A stretch of DNA of 64,000 nucleotides from Candidatus Poriferisodalaceae bacterium. GTDB lineage: Bacteria > Actinomycetota > Acidimicrobiia > Acidimicrobiales > Poriferisodalaceae. The position numbers and the translations under genes were made by a program. The notes below the pieces were generated by a model. That model ran no database searches. It was not told the origin of the DNA and saw only the letters and a list, made by a program, of their open reading frames with translations. Positions 35,521 to 43,840 of the stretch are shown in pieces; the stretch's first letter is position 1, and each line of letters starts with the position of its first letter. The stretch lies in the NCBI GenBank assembly GCA_965247395.1, contig OZ252012.1:242434-306433 (forward strand), given 5' to 3'.

Positions 35521-36885
35521 GTGCTTGAAGACCGCGAGGCTTGCCTGGCTTGGCTGGCCGAGCACTACAACATGGAACGCTTGCTGGGAAGCACCGATGT
35601 AAGCGCTCCGACGCTTGATCGGATGTGGACGCTTGTAGGGCTCTTGGGCGATCCGCAAGACGCAGTCCCGGCTATCCACGTCACAGGTACAAACGGCAAG
35701 GGCAGCACTGTGCGAGCCTCGGTAGAGCTGTTCACCGCATCTGGATTGATCGCTGGCAGCTATACCTCGCCTCATTTAGATGCCGTGAATGATCGCATTT
35801 GTGTGGCTAACCAGCCGCTCAGTGACACCGATTTTGGGGCCGCCTTAAGTGAGATAGCCGCGATCGAACGCTTGGCCACAGAGCGCAGCGGCGCACGGCC
35901 TAGCTATTTCGAGGTTCTGGCCGCTGCGGCTTACAACTGGTTTGCCAACAACGCACACGTGAATGTGATCGAGGTTGGAATGGGCGGGCGTTGGGATGCC
36001 ACCAACGTTGTGGACAGCCAGGTTGCGGTGATTACCAACATCGGCAGTGAACACTTGGAAATAATCGGGCCCACGCTGGCAGATGTGGCCTTTGAAAAGG
36101 CGGGCATCATCTCAGCTGGCTCATCGGTTGTATGTGGAGAGACCGATCCAGAGCTCGTGCGGGTTATAACGCAGGTTGCTAGCGATGGCTCTTGTGACAT
36201 CTTGCTAGCTGAGCGGGATTATCACGTGGGGGGCCGCCTCGTTGCGGTGGGAGGCCAGATGCTTGATCTTGTAACTCCCTTTGGCCAGCACTCGGACTTG
36301 TTTGTGCCATTACACGGCGCGCACCAAGCCCAAAACGTCGTAACCGCGCTTACGGCGGTGGAGGCATTTTTTGGACGTTCACTCAGCGACGAGGTAATCG
36401 CTGAAGCCATGAGCGGGTTGCAAGTGCCAGGTCGCTTTGAGGTGCTTAGTCGCTCGCCTGTGGTGGTGACCGATGGGGCACATAACCCGTTGGGAGCACA
36501 AGCGGTTGCCGTAACCATGGCCGAAGTTTTTGGCACCGAAGAAGGCCTGGCAGAGCGGCCTACGGCGCTGGTGCTGGGCGTTAGCCGCCCTCATGAACCC
36601 TTCGAGATGCTGACAGCCCTGGAGGCTCAGCGCTATTCAAAGGTCATAGCGGTTGATTTTGACTGGCCGCGTTTCACTCCTGCCGCCGAGATAGCGCAGG
36701 TGGCGCGCTCAGCAGGGATAGAACCAGCCGTTATCGGCCAAGCTGAATCCGTTACCGCTGGCATCGCCGAAGCGGTTGATGCGGTGGGACCCAACGGTCT
36801 GGTCTTAGTAACGGGATCGCTTTACGTTGTGTCGGAGGCTCGCGCCCACCTAAAAGCGCTCTTATCTGAGAGTGCGTTTGGTTAG
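35521..36885 (+). CDS. folC: folylpolyglutamate synthase / dihydrofolate synthase
   Basis: 454 aa in the Mur-ligase family, with HVTGTNGKGST. Located between clpX and ndk as in other actinobacteria. Confidence 0.85.
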   Translation: MLEDREACLAWLAEHYNMERLLGSTDVSAPTLDRMWTLVGLLGDPQDAVPAIHVTGTNGKGSTVRASVELFTASGLIAGSYTSPHLDAVNDRICVANQPLSDTDFGAALSEIAAIERLATERSGARPSYFEVLAAAAYNWFANNAHVNVIEVGMGGRWDATNVVDSQVAVITNIGSEHLEIIGPTLADVAFEKAGIISAGSSVVCGETDPELVRVITQVASDGSCDILLAERDYHVGGRLVAVGGQMLDLVTPFGQHSDLFVPLHGAHQAQNVVTALTAVEAFFGRSLSDEVIAEAMSGLQVPGRFEVLSRSPVVVTDGAHNPLGAQAVAVTMAEVFGTEEGLAERPTALVLGVSRPHEPFEMLTALEAQRYSKVIAVDFDWPRFTPAAEIAQVARSAGIEPAVIGQAESVTAGIAEAVDAVGPNGLVLVTGSLYVVSEARAHLKALLSESAFG

Positions 36886-36992
36886 TAGTGCTCTTATCTG
36901 AGAGTGCGTTTGGTTAGTAGTGCTCTTATCTGAGAGTGCGTTTGGTTAGTAGTGCTCTTATCTGAGAGTGCGTTTGGTTAGTAGTGCTCTTA
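36858..36992 (+). repeat. 4.2 copies of a perfect 32-bp head-to-tail tandem repeat overlapping the folC stop codon
   Basis: The unit GCTCTTATCTGAGAGTGCGTTTGGTTAGTAGT occurs at 36858, 36890, 36922 and 36954, with a partial copy at 36986. Copy 1 encodes the last 9 folC codons and the TAG stop (36883-36885). Confidence 0.95.
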
Positions 36993-37104
36993 GTTAAGGG
37001 TTAAGCGCTACTGGTTTGGGCACGGCCGCTCTACTGCCCTCTTGCTGGCACCGCTAGCCTTGCTGCGTGCTGGTCTAAGCCGAGCAGCCCGTTTAGGAAC
37101 CCTC

Positions 37105-37527
37105 ATGTCTGCGACTTTGGTCATATGTAAGCCCGACGCAGTCGAACGTGGTCTAACTGGCGAGATTGTCGCTCGATTTGAGCGCAAAGGCCTCAGAGTT
37201 GTCGTGTCCGAGCTAAGGGTTATTGACGCCGAAACCGCCAAGCAGCATTATCAAGAGCACGCCGATAAGCCATTTTTTGATTCGCTAGTGGCGTTCATTA
37301 CGAGATCACCTTCGCTAATCATGACCTTGGAAGCTCCCGCCCAAGCAGGGGCGGCAGTTCATGCCATTGTGCGAACTTTGATGGGGTCAACAAATCCGGC
37401 GGAAGCCGCGCCCGGCACCATTCGCGGCGACTTTGCAACAGAGGTGACTGAAAATTTGGTGCATGGATCTGATAGTCCTGAGTCTGCCGCTCGTGAGATT
37501 GAACTGTTCTTCGGAGGCAAATCGTGA
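37105..37527 (+). CDS. ndk: nucleoside-diphosphate kinase
   Basis: MSATLVICKPDAVERGLTGEIVARFERKGL starts at ATG 37105. The NLVHGSDS active-site region is present. At 140 aa it is the typical length. Confidence 0.9.
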   Translation: MSATLVICKPDAVERGLTGEIVARFERKGLRVVVSELRVIDAETAKQHYQEHADKPFFDSLVAFITRSPSLIMTLEAPAQAGAAVHAIVRTLMGSTNPAEAAPGTIRGDFATEVTENLVHGSDSPESAAREIELFFGGKS

Positions 37528-37661
37528 ACTCGCACACAACCCCCTTGCCACATATTCAGCCGCCTTTTCAGGGCGCCCCGCCCGGACCAATTCGTCGCCA
37601 AGAGAAAATGCCTAACCAGAATCCAGCTAACGGTGTCGTGCGTCCGCATTTTGCTCGCGCA

Positions 37662-38708
37662 ATGAACAACGGCACAAAAAGGACTCGGTCGGGCACTTTT
37701 GGTGGCCGAGACATGGCAGTTGACCTAGGAACGGCTAACACCATTGTTTATTTACGAGGCCATGGCATCGTCTTAGACGAGCCTTCTGTAGTTGCCATTG
37801 ACACCGAAACGGGCAAAGCACTGGCGGTGGGAGCGGAAGCCAAACGCATGGTTGGTAGAACTCCAAGCAACATCACCGCCACCAATCCCCTGGAGGACGG
37901 TGTCATCGCCGACTTTGATGTCTGCGAAAAAATGCTGCGACACTTCATAAGCCAGGTGTGTCAAACCCGCTGGCCCAAACCTCGCTTGGTTATCTGTGTG
38001 CCCTCTGGCATTACCGGCGTGGAGCAGCGAGCGGTGCTTGAAGCGGCCGTATATGCCGGCGCTCGCAAGGTCTACACCATTGAAGAACCAATGGCAGCGG
38101 CGATCGGAGCAGGCTTGCCTGTCCAGTCGTCACGCGCATCAATGATTGTCGACATCGGTGGAGGCACAACAGAGGTGGCGGTTATTTCACTTGGTGGTTT
38201 GGTGTCTGTTACGAGTTTGCGCGTGGGTGGCAAGCGCATGGATGCGGCCATAAGTGCCTTAATGAGGAGACGGCACAACCTCTCAATCGGGGAGCGCACA
38301 GCGGAATCGATCAAGCTGGCTATTGGTTCGGCATGGCCGCTAGAAGAGGAACTGCAAGCTGATGTAAGCGGTGTGGACGTAGCAGGAGGCTTGCCCAAGA
38401 AAGTGGTTGTAAGCAGCGGAGAAATACGTGAAAGTCTCAACGAGTCGATTAGTTCCATCATCGGTTCGGTTAAGGAAACGCTTGATCAGACACCAGCCGA
38501 CCTAGCTGCCGATGTGTTGGACTACGGAATCACCCTCACCGGAGGAGGCGCGTTGCTGCCCGGCATAGATCAGCGCATTGAGCATGAAACGGGTGTCCCC
38601 ACATTTATTGCAGATGAACCCCTTTACAGCGTGGTGATGGGGTCGGGGCAGTCGCTGGAAGAGTTCGAAACACTGCAAAGCGTGATGATGCCCTATACCT
38701 CTGGCTGA
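37662..38708 (+). CDS. mreB: rod shape-determining protein MreB
   Basis: Actin-like motifs are present (AVDLGTANTIVY, DIGGGTTEVAVISLGG). ATG 37662 gives a typical 348 aa. The ORF stays open up to GTG 37524, so an N-terminal extension cannot be excluded. Confidence 0.9.
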   Translation: MNNGTKRTRSGTFGGRDMAVDLGTANTIVYLRGHGIVLDEPSVVAIDTETGKALAVGAEAKRMVGRTPSNITATNPLEDGVIADFDVCEKMLRHFISQVCQTRWPKPRLVICVPSGITGVEQRAVLEAAVYAGARKVYTIEEPMAAAIGAGLPVQSSRASMIVDIGGGTTEVAVISLGGLVSVTSLRVGGKRMDAAISALMRRRHNLSIGERTAESIKLAIGSAWPLEEELQADVSGVDVAGGLPKKVVVSSGEIRESLNESISSIIGSVKETLDQTPADLAADVLDYGITLTGGGALLPGIDQRIEHETGVPTFIADEPLYSVVMGSGQSLEEFETLQSVMMPYTSG

Positions 38709-38725
38709 TATCAGCCAGCAGACCG

Positions 38726-39694
38726 GTGTCTGATATATCTCGCACCTATCGGTCGCGCACAAGTATTAGCAGCGGCAACTCCACTGGCCGAGCTCCACGT
38801 CGCGGTTGGTTGCGACTCGGGCTGTTGGTGATTACAGCGGTGGTGCTAATCACACTGGATGCTCGTGGAGGCGGCGCTTTGGACGGTGTGCGCGGAGTGG
38901 TTATCGACGTTATGGCGCCAGCTAGAAGCACCGGTGACTGGGTAGCGCGCCCGTTCCGAAACATGTGGCGCGGCCTGACTAATTATGACGCTCTTGAGGC
39001 CGAAAACGAAGCCCTACGAGCCGATTTAGCCACCGTACAAAGCTCGGCCTTACGTGTAGGAGAGTTGGAGCAGCAAAGGCTTGAGGCGCTGGCCCTGCTG
39101 GGCGCGCGCGACGTGGTGCCAAACATTGAGCGAGTAGCTGCGCGCGTGATTGATGCTCCGATATCGAACTACGAACGAACCATCGAACTGAACCGTGGTT
39201 CACGCGACGGTGTGAAGGTAGGCATGCCTGTCAGCAGTGGGGCGGGACTAGTAGGTCGAGTAGTTCAGGTCAGTACCACCCGCTCAAGGGTTGAGTTATT
39301 GACCGACCTCAATTTTGACGTTGGCGTGAAAATGGTGAGATCTCTAGACAGCGGCATCGCTTCGGGGCGCGGCACAGGACGAGATTTAGTGGTGCGTTTT
39401 CTTGAGCTCGAAAGCGTGATCATCCCGGGCGAGACGGTTGTTACTAGTGGATTCTCGGGCAGCACGTTCCCCGCCGGGCTGTTGATTGGCACTGTGGTCA
39501 AGGTGGCACCAGATGCGGTGCGAGGCGATCAAGAAGTAACGGTGCGCCCTTCGGCGGCGGTCGATCGTTTACGGCTAGTTGATGTGATCCTCTACGAAGC
39601 AGACGTAACTGACCCAATCATCGTTGACCGCCAGCAAGAACCGACACCCGGTGACAACAACGAAGGCAGCAACGAGAGCGGGATCGGGCCATGA
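38726..39694 (+). CDS. mreC: rod shape-determining protein MreC
   Basis: 322 aa with an N-terminal TM segment, the coiled-coil LEAENEALRADLA and beta-rich C-terminal domains. Positioned after mreB. Confidence 0.85.
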   Translation: MSDISRTYRSRTSISSGNSTGRAPRRGWLRLGLLVITAVVLITLDARGGGALDGVRGVVIDVMAPARSTGDWVARPFRNMWRGLTNYDALEAENEALRADLATVQSSALRVGELEQQRLEALALLGARDVVPNIERVAARVIDAPISNYERTIELNRGSRDGVKVGMPVSSGAGLVGRVVQVSTTRSRVELLTDLNFDVGVKMVRSLDSGIASGRGTGRDLVVRFLELESVIIPGETVVTSGFSGSTFPAGLLIGTVVKVAPDAVRGDQEVTVRPSAAVDRLRLVDVILYEADVTDPIIVDRQQEPTPGDNNEGSNESGIGP

Positions 39695-40212
39695 TGACCG
39701 GCTCGGGACCGGTGGCGCGGTTCACTTTTTTGTTTGCTGTGGTATTGATTCTGCAGGTATCGGTAATGCCGCAGATCACTTTGCAAGGTGTTGTGATTGA
39801 TCTGCTGGTGGCTATAGCAGTGCTAGGCGGGATGAATGGCGGCAGCGAGCGAGGTGCAGTGATTGGATTTGTGGCCGGACTTATCGCAGACCTGTTGGTA
39901 CACACGCCGTTTGGAATTATTGCTATGGTCTTGACGCTGACTGGCCACGCCGCAGGTTCACTAGTGGTTCCGGTTGCTAGTTCAGGCCGAGTTGTTCGTT
40001 CGCTAATAGCAGGCGGTCTTACCACCTGCTCTGTGCTGGTGTTTGTGCTGATTGCTTGGTTGTTAGAGCTCACCTATGTAACCGAAAACGGCGTGCTGCG
40101 TATTGCAATCATCAACGGCATAGTCGTTGCGTTACTAAACCCTCTAGGCGAGCGAGCGGTGCGTTGGGCTCTGCTAGTTCGCCCCAATCTGCGAGAGAGC
40201 CGTGCGGTTTAG
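39691..40212 (+). CDS. mreD: rod shape-determining protein MreD
   Basis: 173-aa polytopic membrane protein. Overlaps the mreC stop by 4 nt and lies in the canonical mreBCD position. Confidence 0.7.
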   Translation: MMTGSGPVARFTFLFAVVLILQVSVMPQITLQGVVIDLLVAIAVLGGMNGGSERGAVIGFVAGLIADLLVHTPFGIIAMVLTLTGHAAGSLVVPVASSGRVVRSLIAGGLTTCSVLVFVLIAWLLELTYVTENGVLRIAIINGIVVALLNPLGERAVRWALLVRPNLRESRAV

Positions 40213-40245
40213 TACAAGCCTGCCTAGAAGCATCGCCCGGCAATC

Positions 40246-42384
40246 ATGAGTGAGCAACAACGTCGCCGCATGGCCTTTATTGGTCTGGTGGCGGTTGGAC
40301 TGTTTGTGGCCCTGCTAACACGGTTATGGCATTTGCAGGTGCTCAGTTCTGAAGAGTTCGTAGCTGCGGCCGAATACAACCAAGTCCAGATCATCATCAA
40401 TCCGCCCACCCGGGGCCGCATATTGGATCGCCACGGGGTAGTTCTGGCCGACAACGAACGGACCGGAGTCGTCACCGTTGACAGCTCGCGTTATCAACCA
40501 GGCCAGCTAGATGAGGTAATGACCGAACTTTCTGAGTTGCTGGATGTGGATGAAGCGCAGTTGCGACGGGGCTTGAACGACGTGCAGTTACACCCTCTGT
40601 CGCCCAAGGTGGTAGCAACCGGGTTAGACAAGAACGGACTGTTGCGAGTAACAGAAAGCTCACTGCCAGGAGTAGAGGCAAAGTGGAGCTGGGAGCGGGT
40701 CTATCCGTTTCATGAGGTGGCGGCCCATGTCCTCGGATATGTCGGTGCGATGTCTGATCGGCAGTACGAAGAGCTGCTTGACAAGGACTATTTACCGTCC
40801 GAGCGTGTTGGACGGGCGGGCATTGAGTTGTTGTTCGAAGACCAGCTTCACGGCTCACCCGGCCGCTCAAAAATAGAAGTTGATCGACGCGGCCAGCCTC
40901 GTGAGATCTTGAACGAGGTCGAGCCAATACCCGGCGCCGATGTCGTGCTGTCAATTGATGCTGAGCTGCAAGCCACCGTGGAGTCATATCTGCGCCAAGG
41001 TTTGATCGTCTCACGCAAGGTAGTAAGCGAAGATTCAGGATTTTTCTACCCGGCCTTGACCGGTGCTGCGGTGGTGATGGATCTGCGAAACGGCGATGTG
41101 TTGGTGATGGCTTCACATCCCACTTACGACCCGAATTGGCTGATTCAAGGGTTGTCCGTCAATGAGTATCGCTCGGTATTTGAAAACCCATATACGCCTG
41201 GCGCGCTAAACAACCGTGCCGTGCAGGGCACCTACGCCCCAGGGTCTGTGTTCAAGCTGATAACGGCTTTAGCTGGGCTTGAGGCAGGGATCATTACCCC
41301 ACGAGCGGTGTATCACGACCAGGGTTATTACGAGATTCCAGCCAAGCGTGGTTGCACCGGCCGCTGCACGTTTTACAACGCGGACCGAGTAGCGCTAGGA
41401 ACGTTGGATCTGTCATCGGCACTGACACGTTCTAGCGATGCCTACTTCTACAAAGTTTCGGACGAGCTCTATTGGATAGACGGACCGCAGCAATGGGCCA
41501 TACAGGACATGGCTCGCTCGCTTGGGTTCGGCTCTCAAACGGGAGTGCAGTTGCCGTTTGAGAAATCTGGCCGAATTCCCGACGATGGCGTAAAACAGGC
41601 GCTATTTGAATCCAACCCTGATGCCTATAACCCTTACGACGAACCGCCCATCTGGTTTCCCGGCGACAACATCAACACCGGCATCGGCCAGGGCTTTGTG
41701 GCCGTTACCCCATTACAACTGGCCAACGCATATGCCACGTTTGCAAATGGTGGCACGCGCTTTGCCCCCAACATCGTCGAAAGCCTGGTGTCGCGCGAAT
41801 CCGACAGCTACGGCGAGATCGTGTTGGAGTTTGACCCACGCATAGTCAGCACCGTGGATTTTCCGCCGGGAGCATCGGTGGTAACCGAAGGGTTGGAAGG
41901 GGTAACTATTACTCGGCTGCGCGGTACGGCTCGCGCCGCGTTTGAGCAATACGACCACGCCGGGTATGGCGTAGCCGGCAAGACGGGCACCGCTCAAGCA
42001 GACGGCCTAAATGAGTTACTACAACGCCGCAAAGAAGACACGGCCGTGTTCGTCTCCTGGGCGCCCACACATGACCCGCGCTATGTAGTTGCCGTGGTGA
42101 TGGAGGAGGCTGGCTACGGAGGGTCAGCAGCTGCTCCGGTGGCGCGTCGCATAATTGAGGCTGTGCGTGCCTACGAGCAACGTTGGCCCGAGCCAGAAAT
42201 AGCTTTCGTGCCACCCAACCCAGAATGCCCCGAAATCCCGGAGGCGCTGCGAGGATTCGATGCTTTCCTGGCCTACGTCCCAGAGGGTTGCCCCTGGGGT
42301 GTGCAGTTGCCACGCGCAAATACTGAGGTCGATGCAGACGGTGACGGCACGCTCAACGTAGACGAAGATCCGAGCGCACAGTGA
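40246..42384 (+). CDS. mrdA: penicillin-binding protein 2 (elongasome transpeptidase)
   Basis: 712 aa with an N-terminal TM segment, the SxxK motif PGSVFK, and KTGTA. Confidence 0.9.
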   Translation: MSEQQRRRMAFIGLVAVGLFVALLTRLWHLQVLSSEEFVAAAEYNQVQIIINPPTRGRILDRHGVVLADNERTGVVTVDSSRYQPGQLDEVMTELSELLDVDEAQLRRGLNDVQLHPLSPKVVATGLDKNGLLRVTESSLPGVEAKWSWERVYPFHEVAAHVLGYVGAMSDRQYEELLDKDYLPSERVGRAGIELLFEDQLHGSPGRSKIEVDRRGQPREILNEVEPIPGADVVLSIDAELQATVESYLRQGLIVSRKVVSEDSGFFYPALTGAAVVMDLRNGDVLVMASHPTYDPNWLIQGLSVNEYRSVFENPYTPGALNNRAVQGTYAPGSVFKLITALAGLEAGIITPRAVYHDQGYYEIPAKRGCTGRCTFYNADRVALGTLDLSSALTRSSDAYFYKVSDELYWIDGPQQWAIQDMARSLGFGSQTGVQLPFEKSGRIPDDGVKQALFESNPDAYNPYDEPPIWFPGDNINTGIGQGFVAVTPLQLANAYATFANGGTRFAPNIVESLVSRESDSYGEIVLEFDPRIVSTVDFPPGASVVTEGLEGVTITRLRGTARAAFEQYDHAGYGVAGKTGTAQADGLNELLQRRKEDTAVFVSWAPTHDPRYVVAVVMEEAGYGGSAAAPVARRIIEAVRAYEQRWPEPEIAFVPPNPECPEIPEALRGFDAFLAYVPEGCPWGVQLPRANTEVDADGDGTLNVDEDPSAQ

Positions 42385-42421
42385 CTTCCTCTCAGCAGCG
42401 CGCGATAGCAGGCCCGCAGCT

Positions 42422-43576
42422 ATGACGCTTGTTACGCGAAGGCCCGAGCTGCGCTCACCGCTGCGCTTTGCCGACTACGGCTTAGCGATGAGTGCGATAG
42501 CTGTCGCTCTGCTGGGTGTGGCTCTCAACTACTCAGCCACCTGGCGCTTGCTGGAGTTCAACGGAGAGAATCCCGCTGCCACGGCTTTGCGCCAACTCAT
42601 TTTTGTGCTGCTGGGGATCGGTGTGATGGTGATTGCGGCCGTGGTGGATTATCGCGTGCTGTTGCGGTACTCAACCACGATTTATCTAGTGGCGATGGCG
42701 GGTCTGGCCGGTGTGCTTTTGTTCGGCTTAGAACGGCGTGGAGCGAGATCTTGGTACGAAATACCGAGGATTGACCTGCAGATCCAGCCGTCAGAGTTTG
42801 CCAAGCTGGCCGTCATCGTGGCCTTGGCAGCATTCTTATCCGCTAAAGGGCCGGGCTTGCGTCTTAACACGCTAATAAACGCCCTAGTGCTGGTGAGCGT
42901 CCCGATGGTGCTGACCTTTTTGCAACCCGACATCGGGACGATGTTGGTTTATGTGACGATTGCAATGGGTGTGTTGCTGCTGGGCAGCATGCAACTACGC
43001 CACATTGTCATTACCACGCTGTTAGGTCTGCTGGCAATTGTCATGGTGTTCAGCATCGACAGTTTGCAAGGGCCTGAACTGTTGCGTGAAACACAACGCA
43101 ATCGTCTGACCGCCTTTTTAGATCCAGAATTTGACACACAAGGTGTCTCTTACAACCTGCAGCAAAGCCAGATAGCCATCGGCGCGGGCGGTCTAACCGG
43201 CCAAGGCTGGAAGCAAGGTTCGCAGACCAATCTAAACCTGGTGCCTCATCAAGAGAGCGACTTTATTTTTACCGCGCTAGGAGAGGAGTTTGGCTTTGTC
43301 GGCGGCAGCGCGTTGCTGCTCGTGTACGCCTTCATGATTTTCCGAATATGGACTACGGCACGAAATTCACGCGACACGTTCGGCATGCTGTTGTGTATCG
43401 GCGTGCTGTCGATGTTTATGTTCCAGGTGTTTGAGAATGTTGGTATGACGATGGGCATCATGCCGATTACGGGTATTCCGTTGCCGTTGATGAGTCACGG
43501 AGGGTCATCGGTGGTGACCGTGTTTGCAGCCATAGGCCTAGTGATCAACGTTGGATCTCGCAAGCACACTGTCTAG
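42422..43576 (+). CDS. rodA: SEDS-family peptidoglycan glycosyltransferase RodA
   Basis: 384-aa polytopic membrane protein of the FtsW/RodA/SpoVE family (ESDFIFTALGEEFGF, PLPLMSHGGSS), downstream of PBP2. Confidence 0.9.
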   Translation: MTLVTRRPELRSPLRFADYGLAMSAIAVALLGVALNYSATWRLLEFNGENPAATALRQLIFVLLGIGVMVIAAVVDYRVLLRYSTTIYLVAMAGLAGVLLFGLERRGARSWYEIPRIDLQIQPSEFAKLAVIVALAAFLSAKGPGLRLNTLINALVLVSVPMVLTFLQPDIGTMLVYVTIAMGVLLLGSMQLRHIVITTLLGLLAIVMVFSIDSLQGPELLRETQRNRLTAFLDPEFDTQGVSYNLQQSQIAIGAGGLTGQGWKQGSQTNLNLVPHQESDFIFTALGEEFGFVGGSALLLVYAFMIFRIWTTARNSRDTFGMLLCIGVLSMFMFQVFENVGMTMGIMPITGIPLPLMSHGGSSVVTVFAAIGLVINVGSRKHTV

Positions 43577-43840
43577 CGGGTTTGTTTAAAGCACCTGAAC
43601 GACCGCCCGATCGGGCATACTGGTCAAGCAATGGCGCTTCAGATTTGCAGTCTTGGTAACTACGAAGACGCCGTTCGAGCAGTTTGGTGCCATGCACGAG
43701 TGCTGCAAAATGACGTAAAGGCTCGTTGAGAAGCAATATGAACGAATACTTCCGGCTTGATGAGCCAGCCAGCGCTGCGGTAATAGTCGCGCGAGGTGGA
43801 TCAAGCGCCGCTTATGTGCGCGCCCGAAAGGAACTACAAG

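Noticed and set aside
36858-36992. Could the 32-bp repeat array be a CRISPR array?
   Set aside because: The copies are directly head-to-tail with no spacers. The first copy is part of the folC coding sequence. No cas genes are in the window. It is a simple tandem repeat.
40472-41116. 214-aa minus-strand ORF inside the PBP2 gene. Similar long antisense or alternate-frame ORFs occur elsewhere, e.g. 43948-44403, 62242-62787, 17098-17580, 6761-7231, 8842-9327, 11587-12096, 18678-19085, 46557-46868 and 53695-54168.
   Set aside because: Each lies fully within a gene with strong family-level similarity on the other strand or frame. Their translations are Arg/Pro/Ser/Ala-rich with no recognisable motifs, the usual artefact of GC-rich DNA.
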